A model generated the notes under the pieces. It saw only the letters and a list, made by a program, of their open reading frames with translations, was not told the origin of the DNA and ran no database searches. From positions 416,001 through 480,000 of the forward strand of contig CAWBMV010000001.1 of NCBI GenBank assembly GCA_963789955.1: a stretch of 64,000 bases of DNA. Reading direction: 5' to 3'. The position numbers and the translations under genes were made by a program. The stretch comes from an uncultured Candidatus Rokubacteria bacterium (lineage in GTDB: Bacteria > Methylomirabilota > Methylomirabilia > Rokubacteriales > CSP1-6). Below, piece after piece: positions 29,255-38,483 of this stretch; within the stretch, counting starts at the first letter, position 1; every line of letters starts with the position of its first letter.

Positions 29255-30778
29255 ATGACCAAGTCCTTGGGGCTGCTGACGGAAGCCATCCTGGAGCGCG
29301 ATCAACCCCGCACGACCGACCTCTTTTTCCGGATGGTGAAGCGAGACGGCCAGTCGCTGAGCGACGCGCTGGACGTCGTGACGACCGCCGAGGCGCCGTT
29401 CGTCCAGGTGCCGAGCCACATCAACGTCCGCGACGGCCAGATCACGCTCATCAACAACGACCACACGATTCTCGGGCTGCGGACCGCCGCGAGCCTGGCT
29501 CCGTATCTGCCCGAGCAATACCGCATGCTCCCGTTCCTGCAGGGCGTGTGGTACATCCCCGCGGGCCTCGATATCTGGAACCAGCTCCTCGGCCGCTATC
29601 CCGGCCGATACGCGACGATGAAGGGCATGAACGTCCCGCCGCCGAGCTACGGGCCGGTCGTGTGGCACCGGGAGCAGCAGCCGATCGTGCAGGAAGGTCC
29701 CCTCGAGGAGCGGCTGCACGCCCACATGGTGGCGACGATCAGTGGTGACGTGCGGCAGTCGTACGGTCTCTTCCTCGGGCTGGCCCAAGACGAGAGCGCG
29801 CGGGCGCTCCTGCGCGATCAGATGCTCTTCCTGGGCTTGATCGATCTGCAAGATACGGTGGTCGGGCGCAAGGCGCGCAACACGGGCCACAAGGCATTGC
29901 GCGCCCGCGCGGCGACGGACCTGGCCGAGCTCATCGGCTGGGATCGGTCTCGCGGCGTCTTCTACATCTGCGTGCCGGACATGGCGGTCGGCCCGCTGTA
30001 CTACTCGCTCTACGACGCGGCGTGCGTGACGGTCAGCGCCGAGTTTCCGGACTCGGGCAAAGGCCTCAAGCAGGCGAACACGGCGCCGCTCGCCCCGGCC
30101 GAGGTCGAGGAGATGGTTCAGCTCCTCATGGAGGCCGACGCGCCGACCGTGTGGAATCTGATCACGACGCACCTGCGCAACGGCAAGTCGCTGACGAGCC
30201 TCGGCGACACGATCCAGATCGGCGCCGCGGAGCTGATCTTGCGGACGACGGTGCCGCGGCAGTTCACCGACGGCCAGCATCCCTTCGACTACTGCAACGT
30301 GGCGAACTACTGGATGCGGACGAGCCAGAATCCGTATCAGCCGCGCGTGCTGTACATGATGGCCAACTTCGTGAACGACGTCGCGCGCTCGAACAAGCTT
30401 CACGCCTCGCTGCTCGAGCGAGAGCGCGCCGGGTTCGACCGGACCGGCCGCTCGCCGCAGGAGCTCCTGCAGGAGCTCGACGAGGCCATCCTGGCGTTCG
30501 ACATCGCGCGCACCACCGCGGTGGCCGACGCGTATCTGAAGTCGGGCGCGGACCGGTCGGCGTATTTCGCCGCGATCGCGCTCACGGCCTGCAAGTTCCA
30601 GGACGATCCGCACAATCAGAAGATCACGCACTCGTCGTTCGAGGAGTACGGGCACAACTCGACGCATCTGCGGGATCGACTGCTGCTCGCGTCAGCGCGG
30701 TTACTGGCGGGCTGGCCGAAGATGCCGGGCGAGCGTGATTGCTACGGCCGCTTCATGAAGGAGTGGATCAACAACTGA
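29255..30778 (+). CDS. Hypothetical 507-aa helical protein with four spaced His motifs
   Basis: Long ORF with coding-like codon bias, GGAG RBS; NNDHT, NTGHK, DGQHP, DDPHN motifs. Confidence 0.75.
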   Translation: MTKSLGLLTEAILERDQPRTTDLFFRMVKRDGQSLSDALDVVTTAEAPFVQVPSHINVRDGQITLINNDHTILGLRTAASLAPYLPEQYRMLPFLQGVWYIPAGLDIWNQLLGRYPGRYATMKGMNVPPPSYGPVVWHREQQPIVQEGPLEERLHAHMVATISGDVRQSYGLFLGLAQDESARALLRDQMLFLGLIDLQDTVVGRKARNTGHKALRARAATDLAELIGWDRSRGVFYICVPDMAVGPLYYSLYDAACVTVSAEFPDSGKGLKQANTAPLAPAEVEEMVQLLMEADAPTVWNLITTHLRNGKSLTSLGDTIQIGAAELILRTTVPRQFTDGQHPFDYCNVANYWMRTSQNPYQPRVLYMMANFVNDVARSNKLHASLLERERAGFDRTGRSPQELLQELDEAILAFDIARTTAVADAYLKSGADRSAYFAAIALTACKFQDDPHNQKITHSSFEEYGHNSTHLRDRLLLASARLLAGWPKMPGERDCYGRFMKEWINN

Positions 30779-30824
30779 GCGCGCCGAGCCATCGGCTCGA
30801 CGCGCCCGTCGCGAGACGGGAGCG

Positions 30825-31106
30825 CTATTCGGGGTCGACCTGAACCCAGCCGGTCAGGCGCATCGTCTCATCGCGGTCGGCTGACCGGCGATCTTCCTTG
30901 CGGCGCTCGACCACGGGCGTCCGATCCTCCCGACGACGATCAGTGCGGCGGCGATCGAAGATCACCCGCACGCCACGGTCGCCATCGAACGCGAACGCCA
31001 GCGAGTTGAAGCGCTCCGGAAGATCCCGCGACACGATGAACAGGGCCGGACGGCTCGGGACCAGGGTCGAGCGGTACGCGGGTCGTGCTGGAATGAGGAC
31101 TGTCAT
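30825..31106 (-). CDS. Small hypothetical protein with repeated (D/E)RR motifs
   Basis: LFIVSR...VRVIFDRRRTDRRRED...ERRKEDRR; downstream of mreB on the same strand. Confidence 0.55.
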   Translation of the reverse strand: MTVLIPARPAYRSTLVPSRPALFIVSRDLPERFNSLAFAFDGDRGVRVIFDRRRTDRRREDRTPVVERRKEDRRSADRDETMRLTGWVQVDPE

Positions 31107-31158
31107 CGGCCCAAGGATAGACCGGGACCCGCACAGGACCCAAGAATTGAGTGAGCCC

Positions 31159-32181
31159 TCACGCCGGCCCGGCCACGCGCTTGAGGAGGTCCATTTCGTC
31201 GAGCATCCGCCCGAGACCGAGGACCACGCAGCACGTCGGGTCCGCGGCGACCTTCACGGGGAGCTGCGTCTCCTGGACCAGGAGCCGGTCGAGTCCTCGC
31301 AGGAGGCTTCCACCGCCCGTCAGCACCAGGCCCGAGTCGACCAGGTCGGCCGCCAGCTCGGGCGGAGTCCGCTCCAGGCAGGTCCGGATGGTCTCGATGA
31401 TCGTCGTGACGGGCTCGCGGAGCGCCTCCCGGATCTCGTCCTCGTTGAGGGTGATCGTCTTCGGGATACCGTCCGCCAGGTCCCGGCCCTTGACCTCCAG
31501 GGAGCGGGTGGGGCCCTCGCTCGGGCAGGCCGAGCCCAGGGTGAGCTTGAGGTCCTCGGCCTGACGCTCGCCGATCAGGAGGTTGTAGTGCTTCCTGATG
31601 TGCTGCAGGATCGCCTCGTTCATCCCGTCGCCGGCGACCCTGACCGAGGTGCAGAAGATGACCCCGGCCAGCGAGATCACCGCGACCTCGGTGGTGCCGC
31701 CGCCGATGTCCACGATCAAATTCCCGCCGGGCTCCTGGACCGGTAGCCCGGCCCCGATCGCCGCCGCGACCGGCTCCTCGACGAGGTAGACCTCGCGCGC
31801 TCCCACGTGGCGTGCGGAATCCCGGACCGCCCGCCGCTCGACCTGGGTGATCCCGGCCGGCACCCCGATCACGACCTGGGGCTTGAGGACCGTCCGGAGC
31901 CAACGCTGGGTCCGCGCGATGAAGTAGCCGAGCATCCGCTCGGTCATCTCGAAGTCCGCGATGACCCCGTCCTTCAGGGGCTGGATGACCCGGATCTCCG
32001 GGGGGGTGCGCCCGATCATCGCCTTGGCCTCGTTGCCCACGGCCAGGATCGAGTGGTCGTCCTCGTGAATCGAGACGATCGAGGGCTCGTTCACAACGAT
32101 GCCTTCGCCACGCACGTAGACCAGGGTGTTCGACGTCCCCAGGTCGATCGCGAGGTCTCTCGAGAACCTTTGCAAAAACAT
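31159..32181 (-). CDS. mreB: Rod shape-determining protein MreB (orphan copy)
   Basis: AIDLGTSNT, NEPS, PLKDGVIADF, DIGGGTTEVAVISL, LTGGGSLL motifs. Confidence 0.9.
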   Translation of the reverse strand: MFLQRFSRDLAIDLGTSNTLVYVRGEGIVVNEPSIVSIHEDDHSILAVGNEAKAMIGRTPPEIRVIQPLKDGVIADFEMTERMLGYFIARTQRWLRTVLKPQVVIGVPAGITQVERRAVRDSARHVGAREVYLVEEPVAAAIGAGLPVQEPGGNLIVDIGGGTTEVAVISLAGVIFCTSVRVAGDGMNEAILQHIRKHYNLLIGERQAEDLKLTLGSACPSEGPTRSLEVKGRDLADGIPKTITLNEDEIREALREPVTTIIETIRTCLERTPPELAADLVDSGLVLTGGGSLLRGLDRLLVQETQLPVKVAADPTCCVVLGLGRMLDEMDLLKRVAGPA

Positions 32182-32269
32182 CAGACCCCTCTCGGCAATA
32201 GTCGCGAGAACTCAGCAGATTCCGCCAACAGGGTAGTGGGGGGGCGCCGACAATCGGAAGAAATTTCTA

Positions 32270-32372
32270 AGGTCGTGCGAGCCGCAGGACGTCGCGGGGC
32301 TGGGGCCCCGCCGTCGAGCCGAACCCAGGTCGTGCGAGCCGCAGGACGCGGGGCTGGGGCCCCGCCGTCGAG
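32270..32372. repeat. Two tandem copies of a ~46-49 bp palindromic REP-like unit
   Basis: AGGTCGTGCGAGCCGCAGGACG(TCG)CGGGGCTGGGGCCCCGCCGTCGAG at 32270-32318 and 32327-32372. Confidence 0.8.
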
Positions 32373-32387
32373 GCGAGCCTGTGAATC

Positions 32388-34442
32388 TTAGCCGGCGGTT
32401 GCGCGGACGGCGTCGAGGAACTGAGGCCCGGTGAACGGCTTGTAGAGGAGGGCCGCCCCGGCGTCGCGAAGGGCTTTGTCCGCCTCTTCCCCGACGGGAC
32501 CGGCCGTGATGAAGATGAATCGGTGGCCGACGGCCGTGCCGCGGGCCGCCACCTGTCCGAGGAGCTCGAGCCAATCGACCCCGTCCAGGTTGAAGTCGGC
32601 GACGACCAGATCGATCCCGTCGCGGAGGTGCTGACGGGCCTCGTCGGCGCGGGCCACGGTGAGCGCCGTGCAGCCTGTGGGCTCCAGGTGCTCGAGGAGG
32701 ATCTTCTGGACGGCCTGGTCGTGCTCCACGATGAGGATGCGCTTGCCGTCGAGGTTGATCGACGGCCCGGCCTCGTCGGGGGCGGATCCGCCGGCGCTGC
32801 CGACGGGCAGGTCGATCGTGAACGTCGCGCCGTGGCCGGGCTTACTGTCGGCCGTGATGTGGCCTCCGTGCTCGCGGATGATGCCGTAGGAGATGCTGAG
32901 GCCCAGACCCGTGCCCGCCGAGCCCTTGGTGGTGACGAAGGGGTCGAAGATCTTCGGCAAGACGTCGGCGGGAATGCCCGGGCCGGTGTCCTCCAGGGAG
33001 ATCAGGACGCGGTCGGTGCCGAGCGCCCGGGTCGTCACCTTCAGGCGGCGCTGACCTTCCGGCAGCTCGGCCATGGCCTGCTTGGCGTTCGTCACGAGAT
33101 TGACGAGGACCTGCTGGAGCTGGTTGCCGTCGGCCCACACCGGCGGCAGACCCGCCTCCATGTCCCGGTCGACCTTCACGCTCTCGATCCGGAGGTCGGC
33201 CGAGGTGAGCGCCAGGACCTTGTCGATGAGCTCTTCCAGCATGACGTGGCGCCGCTCGAGGGGCATCTGGCGCCCGAAGGTCAGGAGGCCGCGCACGATG
33301 TGGCGGGCCGCGTCGGTCGACTCGCGGATCATCTGCGCGTATTCCTTCAGATCGTCGGGCGCCTGCTGCTCGAGGATGTCGCTGGCGCCCACCAGCACCG
33401 TGAGCGGGTTGTTGAGCTCGTGGGCGACTCCGGCGACGAGCTCGCCCAGGGCGGAGAGCTTCGCGGCCTGGATCATCTGCTGCTGGGCGAGCGTGAGGCG
33501 GAGCTTCTGGTCCTCGACGACTTCCTGCAGCCGCTGCGCCGCCTGCTGGGCTTCTTCGAAGAGGCGCGCGTTGTCGACGGCGTACGCCGTGTAGGTGGCG
33601 AGCGCGTTGAGGAACTGCAGGTCGGTCTGACTGAACACGCCGGTCGAGCCCGGGGCGACTTCCTTCTTGGAGAGGTTGACGACACCGACGATGCGCTCGG
33701 CGACGCGCAGCGGCATGCAGATGAACGATCCGCCGCCGTAGCGCGGGTCGTTCTGCTGACCGAACCGCGGATCCTTCTCGATGTCCTCGACCACGACGGC
33801 TTCGCCCATCTCGACGACCTTGCCCGCGATGCCCTCGCCGACCTTCACCTCGACGGGCCCTCGGCCGGCCTCCTGGAGCCCGCGCCCGACCGCGATACGC
33901 AGGGTCTGGCGCTCGCGGTCGAGCAGCATGATCGACCCGATGCGAGCGCTCACGGCGCGCATCGTGCGCTCGAGAACGTGGGAGAGCAGGTCCTCGATTC
34001 GCGGGATGCGGGCGGCCATCTCGACCATGTCGTTGAGCGCACCGAGCTTGAACACGAGGTCCTCGAGCCGCTCGGTCGACGCGCGCAGCTCGAGGAGCAT
34101 GCGTCCGAACGCCTGGGCGATCTCGCCGATCTCGTTCACCTGACCGAGGCCGGGCACCGCCGCGGTCGCGGTCCCCTTCGACGCGGGAGCCGGCGCCGCG
34201 AGCTTGTCGGCCGGAGCGGACGGCAGTGCCTGTCCGAGGGCGCGGCCGAGGTCAGCGACGCGCTGCGTGAGCCGGCGGAAGAGGAGGTAACCGAGGAGGG
34301 CGATCGCGAGGGCGAAGAAGATTCCGACCTGCGCTTCGGTCGACTCCAGCAGCCCGAACCGCCACATGAAGTACACGAAGAGCAGCAGCGGCAGGATGGC
34401 GGTCAGCGCGAAGATGGTGCTCGCGGCTTCGCGGAGCTTCAC
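32388..34442 (-). CDS. Hybrid sensor histidine kinase (2 TM-GAF-HisKA-HATPase-REC); start uncertain
   Basis: GEGIAGKV...DPRF GAF, AHELNNPL, FDPFVTTK...GTGLGL, REC with LVVAD and KPF. Confidence 0.9.
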   Translation of the reverse strand: MKLREAASTIFALTAILPLLLFVYFMWRFGLLESTEAQVGIFFALAIALLGYLLFRRLTQRVADLGRALGQALPSAPADKLAAPAPASKGTATAAVPGLGQVNEIGEIAQAFGRMLLELRASTERLEDLVFKLGALNDMVEMAARIPRIEDLLSHVLERTMRAVSARIGSIMLLDRERQTLRIAVGRGLQEAGRGPVEVKVGEGIAGKVVEMGEAVVVEDIEKDPRFGQQNDPRYGGGSFICMPLRVAERIVGVVNLSKKEVAPGSTGVFSQTDLQFLNALATYTAYAVDNARLFEEAQQAAQRLQEVVEDQKLRLTLAQQQMIQAAKLSALGELVAGVAHELNNPLTVLVGASDILEQQAPDDLKEYAQMIRESTDAARHIVRGLLTFGRQMPLERRHVMLEELIDKVLALTSADLRIESVKVDRDMEAGLPPVWADGNQLQQVLVNLVTNAKQAMAELPEGQRRLKVTTRALGTDRVLISLEDTGPGIPADVLPKIFDPFVTTKGSAGTGLGLSISYGIIREHGGHITADSKPGHGATFTIDLPVGSAGGSAPDEAGPSINLDGKRILIVEHDQAVQKILLEHLEPTGCTALTVARADEARQHLRDGIDLVVADFNLDGVDWLELLGQVAARGTAVGHRFIFITAGPVGEEADKALRDAGAALLYKPFTGPQFLDAVRATAG

Positions 34443-34827
34443 AGAACGGTCACCGACGTTCGATCCTCCAAAGAGGCGCCCAAAGACGAGCCCAATGACG
34501 GCCCACGGCAGAGTTCGCTCGCTTTCTCCTAGTGTGCCGGGCGCGTGGCGCAGACTCAAAGGAGAAAACGGCTAGGCAACGAGGCGCCGAAATGCGTCGA
34601 GAAATTCTGAAAAATTGGAATGCCCAGGCCAGCGCTCGCGCCAGCCAGATCGTGCCGGTCGACGCAGATTCTCTCACTCTTTCTGAGAGGTTACGAGGCG
34701 ACGGGCCCGTCGGCTTGCCCAATCCAAGATCTATTTGCGCCGCCGGGCCCGAAGCGTATAGTTCGTCCGGCTTCACTCGAGGATATTGGCGCTCGATGCT
34801 GACGGCGAGCAGCAAGGAGGGCTGACG

Positions 34828-35241
34828 ATGGAGTCGAGTCGAGTCATCGTGCTGCTCGCGGCGGTCCTGCTCGCAGCATGTGCGACCGCCGCGCCCCAAG
34901 CTCTTTCTCCGCAACTGGAGGACCACCAGCGGCTCGCCAACGCCCTTCATCCCAGAGTTCAAGTCCAGGGTGGGTGGGCGCCGGAGGACAATCTCGGCGT
35001 CGTGCAAACCGTACCGTTCTGGAAGGGTGGCTTTGGCGGCATCAGCATCTCGCTCCGAGGAGACATCGTGGGCACACAGTGCGGCCAATACGTGATCGCG
35101 AGTCTCCTGGCCCTCCGCGAGCGCAACCGATCTCTGGGGGATCGCGGCACGTTGGACGACGCGGCGATCACGAGCCTCGTCGCAATAGGGTGGAGCGAGC
35201 AGACTGCGCGTTCCGCGGCGGCCTCGTGTCCCACGCGCTAG
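34828..35241 (+). CDS. Hypothetical lipoprotein
   Basis: AAGGAGG RBS, LLAAC lipobox. Confidence 0.55.
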   Translation: MESSRVIVLLAAVLLAACATAAPQALSPQLEDHQRLANALHPRVQVQGGWAPEDNLGVVQTVPFWKGGFGGISISLRGDIVGTQCGQYVIASLLALRERNRSLGDRGTLDDAAITSLVAIGWSEQTARSAAASCPTR

Positions 35242-35275
35242 CTCGGCTCGGCGAACGCTCGGGACACGACGCGCC

Positions 35276-36520
35276 TCATTGATCCAGTTGGCCTCCGATG
35301 TCAGCCTCGAGCTGATAGAGGGCACCCAGATACGCTCCAAGCGCCTGCAGGTGGGCGAGGGCAGTCTCCCGATAGCTTCGCTGAGCATCGAGAAAGTCGA
35401 GCAGGCTCTGGCCGCCGCGGCGGTAGGCGTATTCGACGGTATCGCGGGCCTGGGTCGCCTTGGGCAAATACACGTCTCGCAGCGAAATCACGCGCTCGCG
35501 CTGGATCAGCGCGGCCTGCCGGTCGGTGTCGAGGGCGGCCAGCACCTGGAGCGCGGTCGCCTCACGCACCGCATCGACTCGCGTGATCTCGGCCTGGGCT
35601 CGGGCGATCTCCCCCTGATTGCGATCGAAGATTCGAAGCGGGAAGCCGAATCCGATGCCGATGGTATTGTCCGGTCCAATCCGTTGGTACTCGAGCTGCG
35701 GCGTGATATCCCACCACGCGTTGGCCCGCGCCAACCGATGGTCCGCTCGTGCGCGCTCCCGATCGGCGTCCGCCGCTCGTAGATCTGGGCGGTTGTCCAG
35801 CGCGCGCCGCACGAGCAGTGCTCGATCGAGTGAAACCTCCTTGAAGTCGATGTCGCCGGCGACCTCGAAATCCTCGGCGATATTCACGCTCCCAGCGGCC
35901 GTACGCAGGGCGATTCGTGCGGCCGCGAGGGCTTGACGCGCATCGGCGGCATCGCGCGCGAACGTGAACCGTTGCACCTGGATGCGCAGCAGCTCGAGCT
36001 CCGAGATGTCGCCCTTCTCCGCACGGATGCGCTGGATCCGCTCCGTGTCGTCGAGCGTTTTGAGGTTGGCTTCAGCCAGGGCGAGCTGCTCTCGAGCGAT
36101 CAAGGCCGCGGCGAAGGCACTCTTGACCTGCAGGACCACCTGGCGGCGTGCATCGTCCAGCTGGTACGTCGTCACCTGCGTGGCGGCTCGCGCCGAGTCG
36201 ATCCGGCGCTGGCGCTTGCCCCCCAGCTCGATCGGCTGGCCCACGTTGACCGTGTACTGCGCGTCCTGCTGCGATTGGCCGGGTCTGAGCTGCTCGGCCA
36301 GGAAGTTCATCGTCGGATTCGGCCGCAGCGCCGCGGTCGTCTCGCCGGCCTTGGTCGCGAAGAGCGCGGCCTGCTGGGCCATCAACGTCGGGTTCTGCTT
36401 GAGGGCGAGCTGAAGAGCTTCCTCGAGCGAGACCCGATTCAACGGCGGTTGCGCGACCGCCAGCGATGATGCCCCGAACGCGATCACGAAACTCGATAGG
36501 CCGATCCATACCCAGCGCAT
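35276..36520 (-). CDS. TolC/CzcC-family outer membrane efflux protein
   Basis: Signal peptide, SLEEALQLALKQNP, QPIELGGKR, PLRIFDRNQG, LLDFLDAQR motifs. Confidence 0.9.
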   Translation of the reverse strand: MRWVWIGLSSFVIAFGASSLAVAQPPLNRVSLEEALQLALKQNPTLMAQQAALFATKAGETTAALRPNPTMNFLAEQLRPGQSQQDAQYTVNVGQPIELGGKRQRRIDSARAATQVTTYQLDDARRQVVLQVKSAFAAALIAREQLALAEANLKTLDDTERIQRIRAEKGDISELELLRIQVQRFTFARDAADARQALAAARIALRTAAGSVNIAEDFEVAGDIDFKEVSLDRALLVRRALDNRPDLRAADADRERARADHRLARANAWWDITPQLEYQRIGPDNTIGIGFGFPLRIFDRNQGEIARAQAEITRVDAVREATALQVLAALDTDRQAALIQRERVISLRDVYLPKATQARDTVEYAYRRGGQSLLDFLDAQRSYRETALAHLQALGAYLGALYQLEADIGGQLDQ

Positions 36521-36664
36521 AAGACGCCTCCTGGCTGACTCGACATGCCCCCTCAGCCAGTCGGATCTTGCACGGAGCAACCTGACGAATTCCTAAAGAC
36601 GCGGACGAGCCCCTCGATGGCGACGCGGTGGCATCGGGGTCACCGGGAAGGATCGAGAGAAAAA

Positions 36665-37058
36665 GCGCCAGAGAAGGCCTGTAAGCCGGGTCCTGTGCCC
36701 CGACCGGTTTCCCGGCCGGGTGACGATCATTTCTCTACGACGCCGGTTACCCGACGTCTCCAGCGGCCGAACCCGGGAGCGGCGCGGGCCACGCCATAGC
36801 TCCCCTATTTGGCCTTGCTCCGGGTGGGGTTTGCCAAGCCAGCGCGGTCACCCGCGCTGCTGGTGAGCTCTTACCTCACCGTTTCACCCTTACCGCCTCG
36901 CCACCCTCGCGGGCACGACGAGACGGCGGTCTGCTTTCTGTGGCACTGGTCCGTGGGGTTTCCCCCCCTGGGCGTTACCCAGCACCCTGCCCTGCGGAGC
37001 CCGGACTTTCCTCCCGCCGCGTTGCCGCGGCCGGCGACCGTCCAGCCTTCTCTGGCGC
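36665..37058 (-). ncRNA. rnpB: RNase P RNA (class A)
   Basis: Minus strand GAGGAAAGTCCGGGCT, GGTAAGAGC, ACAGGACCCGGCTTAC; complementary P1 ends GCGCCAGAGAAGGC/GCCTTCTCTGGCGC; TATACT just upstream. Confidence 0.96.
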
Positions 37059-37080
37059 CCTCACAGTATAGCCGACCGGC

Positions 37081-37551
37081 TCAGCCGCCGATCGCGCCTC
37101 GGGCGAGGAGGTCGACCCGGTTGTTCATGACGTCGTCCGCGTGGCCGGCGACCTTGTGCCACTCCATGTCGTGGCGCCGAGTCTCCGCGAGGAGGCGCTC
37201 CCAGAGATCGCGATTGGCGACGGCCTTCTTCTGACTGTTTCTCCAGCCGTTCTTCTCCCAGCGCTCCCACCAGCGCTCACGGAAGCAGTTCACGATGTAC
37301 GCGCTGTCGGAGTAGATGTGGACGCGCCGGTGGCCCGGGACCGCCGCGAGGCCTTCGGCGACGGCCTGCAACTCCATGCGCTGATTGGTCGTGTGCGGGG
37401 CGGCGCCGGAGACCACGCGTTCCTCGCCGCCGTCGATGATGATCGCGGCCCAGCCGCCCGGTCCGGGGTTACCCGAGCAGGCGCCGTCCGTGTAGATCGT
37501 GACGTCGGTTTGAGCGCGTCGGGGAGCGGCGCCGGCGGGGCGCGCCGTCAG
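37081..37551 (-). CDS. rnhA: Ribonuclease HI
   Basis: IYTDGACSGNPGPGGW, TTNQRMEL, SDSAY, NRDLW, VAGH, NNRVD; frame is open back to CTG 37551. Confidence 0.92.
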   Translation of the reverse strand: MTARPAGAAPRRAQTDVTIYTDGACSGNPGPGGWAAIIIDGGEERVVSGAAPHTTNQRMELQAVAEGLAAVPGHRRVHIYSDSAYIVNCFRERWWERWEKNGWRNSQKKAVANRDLWERLLAETRRHDMEWHKVAGHADDVMNNRVDLLARGAIGG

Positions 37552-38261
37552 GCGGATTCCTGCCAGTAGAGGTAGCGGCCGCAGTTTTCGCAGATCATCG
37601 GCGCCTGCGCTGCCTTCAGCTCCTGGATGGCCTGGGGCCGGATCGCCATCCGACAGCCGCCGCAGATGGCCGAGGCATTCACGCTGGCCACCGCGATACC
37701 GCTGCGCGCCTTCAGGATCTTTTCATAGTCGGCCAGGAGCGGGCGGGGAAGCTCCCGCGCGCGAGAGTGGCGGTCGGCGCGCAAGGCGGAGAGCTCCTTC
37801 TCGACCGCCGCGAGCTTCTTGCGCACGACGGCCTCGTCCTGCTGCGCTTGTTCCTGGCGCGCCTTCAAGCGCACGTCGGCTTCGCGACCCTCGACCGCGA
37901 GGCGCTCCTGGATCTCCATCAGGCCAAGGATCTCTTCTTCGCCCTTCGCCTTCTCCTGCTTGATGGCCTCGATCTCCGAGAGCACCGCCGAGTACTCGGT
38001 GTTGTTCTTGACCTCCCAGAGACGCCCCTCGGCCTTCGTCCGCTTGGCGGTGACGACCTCGAGGTCTTTTTCCTTCGTGCGGAGATCCTTCCGGGTCGTG
38101 TCGGCCTTGGCCTTGATGGTCTCGACGGATTTCTTGGCTTCCGCGAGCGCGGCCTGGATGGCTTCGATCTGCCTGGGGAGACGGGCGGCCTCGGCATCGA
38201 GCGCGGCGAGTCGCGTGTCGAAGCCTTGCAAATCGATCAAGGTCAGGAGCTGAGCGTCCAC
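37548..38261 (-). CDS. Coiled-coil protein with C4 zinc ribbon (DUF164-like)
   Basis: LIDLQGFD N-terminus, long coiled coil, CGGC...CENCGRYLY. Confidence 0.88.
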   Translation of the reverse strand: MDAQLLTLIDLQGFDTRLAALDAEAARLPRQIEAIQAALAEAKKSVETIKAKADTTRKDLRTKEKDLEVVTAKRTKAEGRLWEVKNNTEYSAVLSEIEAIKQEKAKGEEEILGLMEIQERLAVEGREADVRLKARQEQAQQDEAVVRKKLAAVEKELSALRADRHSRARELPRPLLADYEKILKARSGIAVASVNASAICGGCRMAIRPQAIQELKAAQAPMICENCGRYLYWQESA

Positions 38262-38379
38262 GCCTTCCTTGATTGTAGCCGATCACCGCCAACCACGGGT
38301 TGTCCGCGGAGCGGAGCCACGAGCACCTGTATCAGGCCACCCTCGGTGGAAGCCGGCCTCGAGGCACCCGCTACAATAG

Positions 38380-38451
38380 TGGGCCCACCTGGACTCGAAC
38401 CAAGACCTAACCGGTTATGAGCCGGCTGCTCTGCCATTGAGCTATGGGCCC
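38380..38451 (-). tRNA. tRNA with CAT anticodon, most likely tRNA-Ile2 (lysidine); CCA not encoded
   Basis: GGGCCCATAGCTCAATGGCAGAGCAGCCGGCT-CAT-AACCGG...GTTCGAGTCC...TGGGCCCA cloverleaf; lacks initiator features; follows rpoD. Confidence 0.9.
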
Positions 38452-38483
38452 GCAGGGTCATCGTGTCCGTCGTGCGCTCCCGA

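Noticed and set aside
32270..32372. Possible CRISPR array
   Set aside because: Only two units with an 8-bp gap, no unique spacers, no cas genes in the window.
34445..34620. Riboswitch upstream of the GAF kinase
   Set aside because: A TTTCTCCT/AGGAGAAA pairing exists but I could not match any known aptamer consensus.
38380..38451. tRNA as prophage or island integration site
   Set aside because: No integrase and no duplicated tRNA 3' end found; flanks are core genes. The same holds for tRNA-Gln.
38380..38451. Calling the CAT tRNA initiator Met
   Set aside because: It has a paired G1-C72 and lacks the three consecutive G-C anticodon-stem pairs; Ile2 fits better, though elongator Met is not fully excluded.
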